In this document: one piece after another, positions 44,989 to 51,095 of the stretch
Layout of the letters: every line of letters begins with the position of its first letter
How positions within the stretch are numbered: the first letter of the stretch is position 1
Source of the DNA: Gammaproteobacteria bacterium
GTDB taxonomy: Bacteria; Pseudomonadota; Gammaproteobacteria; Burkholderiales; SG8-39
DNA: 51,095 nt
Assembly (NCBI GenBank): GCA_041490545.1
Contig: JBGPTG010000001.1
Span: forward strand, 1 to 51,095
Direction: 5' to 3'
Made by a program: the position numbers and the translations under genes
The notes under the pieces: model-generated
The model's database searches: none
What the model was told of the DNA's origin: nothing
What the model saw: the letters and a program-made list of their open reading frames with translations, nothing else

Positions 44989-46401
44989 CTAGCGCGCACC
45001 CCGGCCAAACAAAACCACGTGCGCTGTCTGGACGAGAATGAGCAGATCGAGAAACAGGGAGTGGTTCTTCACGTAATAAAGATCGAATTGTAGCTTCCAT
45101 ATGGCATCATCCACCGAGGATCCGTAGGGATAGCGAACCTGGGCCCATCCGGTAATGCCGGGCTTAACCGAATGCCTGCTTGCGTAGTAGGGTACTTTCC
45201 CGCTGAGATCGCTCACAAACGGCGGCCGCTCCGGTCGCGGACCGACGAAGCTCATTTCCCCCCGCAGGACGTTGACGAGTTGCGGCAGCTCATCGACGCG
45301 CGTCGCCCTGATGAATTTTCCCACCCGTGTAATGCGATCGTCGTTTTTTTGCGCCCATCGGGCGACGCCGTCCCGTTCCGCGTCGCTGCGCATGCTCCGG
45401 AATTTCAGGATTTCGAACACCCGCCCGGACTCGCCTGTGCGCTTCTGCCGATACAGAATCGGCCGGCCGGTCTCAAGCCAGATCGCCAGCGCCGCCAGCA
45501 CCATTATCGGCAGGGCGGCGAAGAGCATCGCCGCGCTCACGCCGATGTCGAATATGCGCTTCACGAGCTTGTGGAACCCGTTCTTGGCAAACCCCTGCGA
45601 ATAGACCATCCAGCTGGCGCTCACCGAGTTGAGCTGCACGTAGCCGGTTTCGCGTTCGAAAAAGGTCGGCAGGTCCACCACGTTGACCCCGTCTAGTCTG
45701 CATTGCAGGAGCTTCTCCATGGACAAGTATCCATTGCGCCTGTCCCGCACCCCAACCACAATCTCGTTGACGCGGTGTTGCTGGACGAGCGCGTACAACG
45801 ATTTGCAGTCGCCCGCCAACAGCTTGGATCGGTCCACGCCCGGCTGCTCATCCCCGCACCGGATGAAACCTACCAGGTGGTAACCCGCGCTCGAGCCGAG
45901 CTTGCCGAGCAAGACGTCGACCTCGGCCGCCCGGGAGCCGCTTCCGAGCACGAGCACCCGGCGCTTCAGCGCCTCGTTGCCGACCACGCGGAAGAACACT
46001 GCCCGCGCCACCATCGTCAGGAGCAGGGAAAACGCCAGGCTGATCGCCAGGATGCCGCGGCCCAGAAGGCTCTGCGGGACAAGGTAGAAAATGATCATCA
46101 TCGCCAGGGCCGCGGCCGGAAAACTTGCGAAGAAACGCACCTTGTACTCGCGAGTCTCCCGGTACAACGCCGCACTGTACAGGCCGAACGCGATCATGAC
46201 CCCCAGCATGACCATTGCGTACAGGAGGGCGCGCGGAAGCAGTAACTGTGGATCGCCCGCGGGGGAAAGCAGATGGAAATGCGGGTCCAGGAAGCGCAGC
46301 GTCCCCGCGAGATAGACCGCCTCCACGTGAACCGCCGCTTCCGCAAACATGAGCAGGAAGAGCGGGATGGACACATAGTGCCCAAAAATGCGTACGGTCA
46401 C
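44989..46401 (-). CDS. Polyprenyl-phosphate sugar-1-phosphate transferase (WbaP/EpsB-type priming enzyme)
   Basis: Four or five N-terminal TM helices, then KRIFDIGVSAAMLFAALPIMVLAALAIWLETGRPILYRQKRTGESGRVFEILKFRSM..DELPQLVNVLRGEMSFVGPRPERP. GTG start preceded by GGGAGGG. Confidence 0.9.
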   Translation of the reverse strand: MTVRIFGHYVSIPLFLLMFAEAAVHVEAVYLAGTLRFLDPHFHLLSPAGDPQLLLPRALLYAMVMLGVMIAFGLYSAALYRETREYKVRFFASFPAAALAMMIIFYLVPQSLLGRGILAISLAFSLLLTMVARAVFFRVVGNEALKRRVLVLGSGSRAAEVDVLLGKLGSSAGYHLVGFIRCGDEQPGVDRSKLLAGDCKSLYALVQQHRVNEIVVGVRDRRNGYLSMEKLLQCRLDGVNVVDLPTFFERETGYVQLNSVSASWMVYSQGFAKNGFHKLVKRIFDIGVSAAMLFAALPIMVLAALAIWLETGRPILYRQKRTGESGRVFEILKFRSMRSDAERDGVARWAQKNDDRITRVGKFIRATRVDELPQLVNVLRGEMSFVGPRPERPPFVSDLSGKVPYYASRHSVKPGITGWAQVRYPYGSSVDDAIWKLQFDLYYVKNHSLFLDLLILVQTAHVVLFGRGAR

Positions 46402-46512
46402 GTGCCCTCCCTGCTCGCCATCATCTGCCCCTTGCTTCCCATTGCCTGTTGTTGCTTTTCACCGGCCTTGAATGAATCCTCCACTGAAGGTCGCGGGTAG
46501 TCCTCATGCCAG

Positions 46513-46529
46513 AAGCATGGACCGTGCCA
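46513..46529 (-). promoter_or_regulatory. Sigma-54 (-24/-12) promoter candidate for operon D
   Basis: The minus strand reads TGGCACGGTCCATGCTT, with GG-N10-GC spacing intact and the -12 element ATGC instead of TTGC. It lies about 115 nt upstream of GTG 46401. Confidence 0.6.
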
Positions 46530-46633
46530 GCCCGCGGCTGCGTGTGAGCGGGAGCTATTGCGTTGGACTCCTCGGGGTACGAAGCCGACGACGAGCCGGT
46601 TGCCTGGGGGGGTGATGACACGGCAAGAACTTC

Positions 46634-46661
46634 CGGTCGGGACTTCGGCACTCGGTCGGGA
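46634..46661. promoter_or_regulatory. Two 9-bp direct repeats, candidate enhancer (UAS) for the sigma-54 promoter
   Basis: CGGTCGGGA at 46634-46642 and at 46653-46661 (19 bp start to start), 105-130 bp upstream of the -24 element. Related GGTCGG(G/T)G copies lie near 46728 and 46765. Confidence 0.35.
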
Positions 46662-46718
46662 AGCCAACAACAGTATGGGCAACGATATCCCAATAGGCCG
46701 CCCTGGAATTTGCCTCAG

Positions 46719-46744
46719 ATCAAAATAGGTCGGTGCGACCGACC
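46719..46744 (-). terminator. Intrinsic-terminator-like hairpin on the minus strand
   Basis: The minus strand reads GGTCGG-TCGCA-CCGACC followed by TATTTTGAT. It lies about 390 nt downstream of the mscL stop and about 190 nt upstream of the sigma-54 promoter. Confidence 0.4.
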
Positions 46745-47136
46745 GGTGCCTCGCAGAGGGATATGGTCGGGGCGAAGTCGACCGCTTTCGCGTGCTTAGC
46801 CGCGTCTGTCGCGCCAAGCGGCAGACAGCCGACACGTCCAAACCCCGAAAACAGAAAGCCACGACGCCTTCCCTCCCAGCGCGTGAAGCTCCACCCTCCT
46901 GCCTATCGTTGTTGTTGTTATGGCCGACCCCCAACAAGGTCAGACCGTGCCGGCAATCACGTTACCCAGTACCGTACCACCTGCCAGCTTAGGGACAATG
47001 ATCGCACTCTCGCGTTCAATACTGCAACTGCGTTGAGCCTGAGAGTGGCAACCGATTACCTTCCTTCAACGCAATCCGGAGCTTATGCGAGCTACCAAAA
47101 GAAAGCTCCGAACAAAGAAATCTTGGGCTGAACGCC

Positions 47137-47577
47137 TCAGCCCCGCTGCGCCCTGAGCAGATCGCGGATCTCGGCAAGCAGCACCTCCTCCTTCGACGGC
47201 GCCGGCGGCGCAGCCGGAGCGGCCTGTTTCGCCTTCATCATGTAGCCGAGAAACTTGACGATGAACAGGTACAGCGCGAAGGCGACGATGACGAAGTTCA
47301 CCAGTTCGCCGAGGAACAGTCCGTAGGGGACTTCCTTTGCGCCCACCGCGATCTTCCAGCCGAGGTAACCCTGGTCGCCCGGAAGCACCAGGCCGATCAG
47401 CGGCATGAGTATCTGCTTGACGAGTGAATCGACGATCTTGCCGAACGCGGCGCCGATGATGACCCCGACGGCGAGGTCGATCACGTTGCCCTTCAGGGCG
47501 AAGTTCCTGAATTCCTCGAGCAGCGACAACGCCCTGCGCGCGGGATCGATCGAGCCAAGCGATTTCAGCGGGTCCAT
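47137..47577 (-). CDS. mscL: Large-conductance mechanosensitive channel
   Basis: LEEFRNFALKGNVIDLAVGVIIGAAFGKIVDSLVKQILMPLIG is the canonical MscL TM1 region. 146 aa. RBS AGGAGA. Confidence 0.95.
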   Translation of the reverse strand: MDPLKSLGSIDPARRALSLLEEFRNFALKGNVIDLAVGVIIGAAFGKIVDSLVKQILMPLIGLVLPGDQGYLGWKIAVGAKEVPYGLFLGELVNFVIVAFALYLFIVKFLGYMMKAKQAAPAAPPAPSKEEVLLAEIRDLLRAQRG

Positions 47578-47792
47578 GCATTTCTCCTGGGGACGGTTTT
47601 GGTGGATGGCGCGAGAGACGATACGAGACTACGAGACGCCCGCGCCGACGCGCGGTTATACCGCAAATCGGCTTCCCGCAGGGCGCGCCGGGTGGTAGCC
47701 TGAGGTCCCTTCGGACCGGGGAAACGCGCGCATGGCCGCGAAAGCCGCAAGGAAAACCTCAGTACCGAGGGACCCGGCTATATTTAAGTCCC

Positions 47793-47824
47793 GGAGATTC
47801 CTATGAACGGAGGTTCCTATGAAG
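47793..47824 (+). repeat. 16-bp tandem duplication of the RBS-ATG region of the Bug gene
   Basis: GGAGATTCCTATGAAC is followed by GGAGGTTCCTATGAAG (14 of 16 identical). ATG 47803 is out of frame; ATG 47819 opens the real gene. Confidence 0.85.
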
Positions 47825-48781
47825 AAAGCATTCCTGGTTCCCGCCCTGTTGGCCGTTGCCACGGCCGTTCAGGCGCAGGGCTACCCCAACAAGCCGATCC
47901 GCTGGATCGTGCCCTACACCGGCGGCGGGATCACGGACGTGGTGACCCGCGTCGTGACGCAGAAGATGCAGGCCGCGCTCGGGCAGGCCATCGTGGTCGA
48001 GAACAAGCCCGGCGCCAACTCGATCATCGGTGCCGATATCGTCGCCAAGTCCGCCCCCGACGGCTACAGCATCCTCACTGTCATCGCCGCGCACGCGGCG
48101 AACGCCACGCTGTACCAGGGCAAGCTTCCCTTCGACGCGGTAAAGAGCTTCATCCCGTTTTCGCTCCCCGCGATCGCCCCGCTGATCATGACCGCAAACA
48201 ACAATTTTCCGGCGAAGGACGCGAGGGAACTCATCGCCTATGCCAAGGCCAACCCGGGCAAGGTGAATTTCGGTTCCTCCGGCATCGGCGCTGCCGCGCA
48301 CCTCACGACGGAATTGTTCAAGCAGACGGCCGGCGTCGACATGGTGCACATCCCGTTCAAGGGGACGGCGCCGGCGCTGCTCGCATTGCAGGCGAACGAC
48401 ATCCAGATCCTCGTCGACGTGCCGAGCACGCTCATGCCGCACGTGCGCGGCGGCAAGATCAAGGCGCTCGCCATGTTCTCGGGCAAGCGCATCCAGGGCG
48501 CAGCCGAAGTGCCGACGATGGCCGAAGCGGGCGGCCCGGGTCTCGAGTCCTCGACCTGGGTGATGTTCCTCGCGCCTGCGGGCACGCCGCGCGAGATCAT
48601 CAGCCGGCTGTCGCAGGAAGCGAACAAAGTCGTCAACGCGCCGGAAATCAAGGGCCGGTTCGGTGAGATCGGGATCGAGCCGGTAGGTGGAACGCCGGAG
48701 CAGACCTCCACCTTCCTCGCCGACGAGATCGCGAAATGGTCCAAGGTCATTACCACCGCCGGCGTGAAGGCCGAGCAATGA
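47819..48781 (+). CDS. Bug-family (TctC-like) tripartite tricarboxylate transporter substrate-binding protein
   Basis: Signal peptide MKKAFLVPALLAVATAVQAQ, then GYPNKPIRWIVPYTGGGITDVVTRVV..VVENKPGANSIIGADIVAKSAPDGYSIL. Confidence 0.9.
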   Translation: MKKAFLVPALLAVATAVQAQGYPNKPIRWIVPYTGGGITDVVTRVVTQKMQAALGQAIVVENKPGANSIIGADIVAKSAPDGYSILTVIAAHAANATLYQGKLPFDAVKSFIPFSLPAIAPLIMTANNNFPAKDARELIAYAKANPGKVNFGSSGIGAAAHLTTELFKQTAGVDMVHIPFKGTAPALLALQANDIQILVDVPSTLMPHVRGGKIKALAMFSGKRIQGAAEVPTMAEAGGPGLESSTWVMFLAPAGTPREIISRLSQEANKVVNAPEIKGRFGEIGIEPVGGTPEQTSTFLADEIAKWSKVITTAGVKAEQ

Positions 48782-48802
48782 GAGCCGTTCTCGCGCTGTT
48801 CC

Positions 48803-48935
48803 AAGGCGCTCGCGGTGTCATCGAAGAAGCGCAGCGCGCTCGCGCCCGAGGTGCCCACCGTAGACGAAGCCGGCGTGCCCGGCTACGACGTGCTGGGCGA
48901 AGGTGATCCGCGAGGCGGAGATCAAGGCAGACTGA
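48803..48935 (+). pseudogene. Internally deleted remnant of a second Bug-family gene
   Basis: Frame 2 reads KALAVSSKKRSALAPEVPTVDEAGVPGYDV, a mid-protein Bug motif (compare SGKRIQGAAEVPTMAEAGGPGLE in the neighbouring gene). After a frame change it reads WAKVIREAEIKAD then stop, which is a Bug C-terminus (compare KWSKVITTAGVKAEQ). About 90 codons between the two pieces, and the whole N-terminus, are missing. Confidence 0.6.
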
Positions 48936-48961
48936 GAGTAGCCAACAAAAAGGAGGGAACC

Positions 48962-50197
48962 ATGCCATCGTTCGACCCGCAATTCGACAACCGCCGCCGG
49001 CTTCTGAAATGGCTTTCCGCGAGCCCGCTCGCCGCTTCGCCGGCGTTGGCGCTCGCCGGGGTCGACCGGCCTTCCAAGCTCGAGCAGCTCGAGGCGGTAG
49101 CCGCGCTCATCGGGAAACCCGAAGATGCGATCAACGTGTTCGATTTCGAGCCGGTGTTCTTCAAGAACGTGCCGCCGGCGCACGTCGGGTACATGGCCGC
49201 GGGGATCGACGCCGAGGCGACACTCAAGGCGAACCGCGAGGCCTTCTCCAAATACTATCTGCGGCCGCGGCGCCTGGTCGACGTCACCAAAGTGGACACG
49301 GGCGTCGAGATCTTCGGCGTGAAGTATCCGAACCCGATCTTCGTCTGCCCGACCGGCGGCAACAAGGCGTATCACCCGGAGGGCGAGGCCGCGGTCGCAC
49401 GCGCCGCGAAAGCGGGCGGGCACCTCGAGATGCTCTCGACTGCAGCGAGCACCTCGGTCGAGGACGCGACCTCCGCGCGCGGCGCGCCGATCTGGTTCCA
49501 GCTCTACGCCTCGCCCAAATGGGAAATTGCCGAACACCACGTGAAGCGCGCCGAGCGCGCCGGCTGCCCGGTCGTCGCGGTTACGGTGGACCGCGTCGGG
49601 GGCCGCAACCAGGAGACCTTCATGCGCCTGCGGCGCACCGACACGCGCGACTGCAAGACCTGCCACACGCCGGGCGTGCAGGGGAGCGTCAAGCGCAAGC
49701 CCGCCTACGACGGCATCGATCTCACCGGCGTGCCCAACCTGCAGTCGGCCAACATGAACTGGGACTTCATCAAGCGGCTGCGCGGCGCGACGAAGATGAA
49801 GATCGTCATCAAGGGCATCCTTACCGCCGAGGACGCGAAGCTGTGCGTCGAGAACGGCGTGGACGGGGTTCTCGTCTCCAACCACGGCGGGCGCGGGGAA
49901 GACAGCGGGCGCGCCACGATCGACGTGCTGCCCGAAGTGGTGGAGGCGGTGCAAGGCAAGATCCTCGTGCTCGTGGACGGCGGCTTTCGCCGCGGCACCG
50001 ACATCGCCAAGGCGCTCGCGATGGGCGCGAACGCCGTCGGCGTCGGGCGGCCGTACCTGTGGGGCCTCGGCGCCTTCGGCCAGCCTGGCGTGGAAAAGGT
50101 CCTCGAGATCCTGCGCACCGAGTTCCGCGTCGCGATGATGCAGTGCGGAGTGCGCGCCGTGAAGGAGTTCACGCCGGCGTTCGTGCGCAGGGTGTGA
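48962..50197 (+). CDS. FMN-dependent alpha-hydroxy-acid dehydrogenase/oxidase family protein with a Tat-type signal peptide
   Basis: ATG at 48962 preceded by AAAAGGAGGGAACC. N-terminus MPSFDPQFDNRRRLLKWLSASPLAASPALALAG (RRxLLK plus h-region plus ALA). The FMN_dh core runs from DFEPVFFKNVPPAHVGYMAAGID through LVSNHGGR to GRPYLWGL. Confidence 0.85.
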   Translation: MPSFDPQFDNRRRLLKWLSASPLAASPALALAGVDRPSKLEQLEAVAALIGKPEDAINVFDFEPVFFKNVPPAHVGYMAAGIDAEATLKANREAFSKYYLRPRRLVDVTKVDTGVEIFGVKYPNPIFVCPTGGNKAYHPEGEAAVARAAKAGGHLEMLSTAASTSVEDATSARGAPIWFQLYASPKWEIAEHHVKRAERAGCPVVAVTVDRVGGRNQETFMRLRRTDTRDCKTCHTPGVQGSVKRKPAYDGIDLTGVPNLQSANMNWDFIKRLRGATKMKIVIKGILTAEDAKLCVENGVDGVLVSNHGGRGEDSGRATIDVLPEVVEAVQGKILVLVDGGFRRGTDIAKALAMGANAVGVGRPYLWGLGAFGQPGVEKVLEILRTEFRVAMMQCGVRAVKEFTPAFVRRV

Positions 50198-50244
50198 GGG
50201 GCAAGCGCGTCACCTGAGGAAGCGCGCGTATCCAAAGGCCACCC

Positions 50245-51095
50245 ATGGCAATTTTTCTCGACGAGGCGCAGGTGACCGAACTCCTGGACATGGAGTCCTG
50301 CATCCGTGTCCTGGAACAAGCGTTCACCGACAAGGCCGAAGGCGAGGCGTCGGTTTTGCCGCGGCGGCGCCTGCCGTTCCGGGGCGCGCGCTTCATGATC
50401 ATGGCCGCGACGATGTCGCGCCAAGGCTGGTACGGCTACAAGACCTATGGCGTGGGCCACGGGCATGAGATGGTCCTGTACAAGGCCGGTGAAGGCATCG
50501 TGGCCGTACTCTCCGCGAGGCGCATCGGGCAGGTGCGCACCGGCGCCGCTTCGGGCCTCGCAACGAAATACATGGCGAGGGCCGATGCGCGCCACCTCGG
50601 TTGCATCGGCACGGGCCGCCAGGCCGAGACGCAGATCCTCGCCGTCGCGCAGGTGCGAAAGCTCGAATCGATTCACGTCTACGGACGCGACGCGCAAAAG
50701 CGCAAGGCCTTCGCCGACAGGATGAGCGCCCTGCTCAGACAGGATGTGCGGCCGGTCGAGTCGAGTGCCGAAGCGGTGAAGGGCCGCGACATCATCGTCA
50801 CCATGACCAATGCGGTGCAGCCTGTCTTCGACGGAAAGCTGATCGAGCCCGGCACGCATATCAACGCGGCGGGCAGCAACACGCGTCTCAACCGCGAACT
50901 CGACGAGATCGCCGTGACGCGCGCCGGAATCATCGCGACCGACGATCTCGAAGGCGCGAAGCTCGAGTGCGGCGATCTCGTCTGGCCGGTCGAGCGCGGG
51001 TTGATGGCCTGGGAGAAAGTCCATGAGCTCGCGCCCATCGTTGCCGGCCGCATGGCCGGGCGCCGCTCCGATGAAGAGATCACGCTGTTCGAATC
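50245..51095 (+). CDS. Ornithine cyclodeaminase/mu-crystallin family protein, 3' end cut by the window edge
   Basis: Not in the ORF track because no stop falls within the window. My translation from ATG 50245 has no stop for 283 codons: MAIFLDEAQVTELLDMESCIRVLEQAF..RTGAASGLATKYMAR..LGCIGTGRQAETQ (Rossmann fold)..HINAAGSN..EEITLFE. Confidence 0.8.
   Translation, partial: MAIFLDEAQVTELLDMESCIRVLEQAFTDKAEGEASVLPRRRLPFRGARFMIMAATMSRQGWYGYKTYGVGHGHEMVLYKAGEGIVAVLSARRIGQVRTGAASGLATKYMARADARHLGCIGTGRQAETQILAVAQVRKLESIHVYGRDAQKRKAFADRMSALLRQDVRPVESSAEAVKGRDIIVTMTNAVQPVFDGKLIEPGTHINAAGSNTRLNRELDEIAVTRAGIIATDDLEGAKLECGDLVWPVERGLMAWEKVHELAPIVAGRMAGRRSDEEITLFE

Noticed and set aside
46398-46937. 179-aa minus-strand ORF filling the region upstream of the priming transferase
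   Set aside because: Implausible composition (NNNND, Arg/Gly/Ser-rich). It overlaps the sigma-54 promoter and the terminator-like hairpin, and has no RBS or recognisable domain.
47801-51024. ORFs 47801..48778 (-), 47803..48666 (+), 48818..49954 (-), 49009..50217 (+) and 49705..51024 (-)
   Set aside because: They are shadow frames of the Bug, FMN-dehydrogenase and cyclodeaminase-family genes. The chosen frames have signal peptides, cofactor motifs and RBSs.
1-51095. Search by eye for rRNA, tRNA, CRISPR arrays, IS elements, integrases and prophage genes
   Set aside because: No T-loop-like GGTTCGAATCC-type sequences were found in the intergenic regions. There are no spaced identical repeats of CRISPR type and no transposase- or integrase-like ORFs. 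A covariance-model or ISfinder scan would be needed to be certain.

Overview
High-GC proteobacterial-type chromosomal segment; the Bug/TctC binding protein hints at a Betaproteobacterium (inference only). I recognised no rRNA, tRNA, CRISPR array, transposase or integrase. Layout: (1) 1-4130 is the 3' part of a giant surface protein, with 8 tandem Ig-like modules and 14 lactonase/YVTN-type propeller blades. (2) 4131-7750 is a decayed stretch holding gene remnants (CBS tail, frameshifted Kelch fragment) and a GH140/DUF4038-like lipoprotein that carries the same Ig-like module. (3) 7849-46401 is a ~38.5 kb polysaccharide island in four operons. Operon A (minus, 22302->7849) holds CDP-sugar tailoring genes, Wzx, a pyruvyl transferase and GT2s. 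Operon B (plus, 22904->28104) holds a PEP-CTERM-locus-type deacetylase, an O-antigen-ligase-like protein, a kinase-like protein and a synthase-like GT2. Operon C (minus, 32169->28149) holds two paralogous beta-helix proteins and a CE4 deacetylase. Operon D (minus, 46401->32577) holds the priming transferase, EpsE/F/G-like export proteins, a barrel OMP, an ExeA-like ATPase, an unknown protein, three GT4s and AsnB. (4) 47137-51095 holds mscL, a Bug/TctC binding protein, a Bug remnant, a Tat-signal FMN-dependent dehydrogenase and a 3'-truncated ornithine cyclodeaminase-family gene that is absent from the ORF track. Many ORF-track starts were moved to internal ATG/GTG codons, supported by RBS-like sequence or by stop/start overlaps (ATGA, GTGA, TGATG). 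The most interesting signals are these: operon D has XrtA/PEP-CTERM-type architecture but no exosortase, EpsI or FemAB in the window; near-consensus sigma-54 promoters sit in front of operons A and D; an unrecognised His-rich protein occupies the slot after the ATPase; the EpsG-like protein lacks the P-loop lysine; and there is an unusual CDP-sugar gene set. Family names and TIGR/Pfam labels are from memory and by-eye motif matching, and all need HMM or BLAST confirmation.
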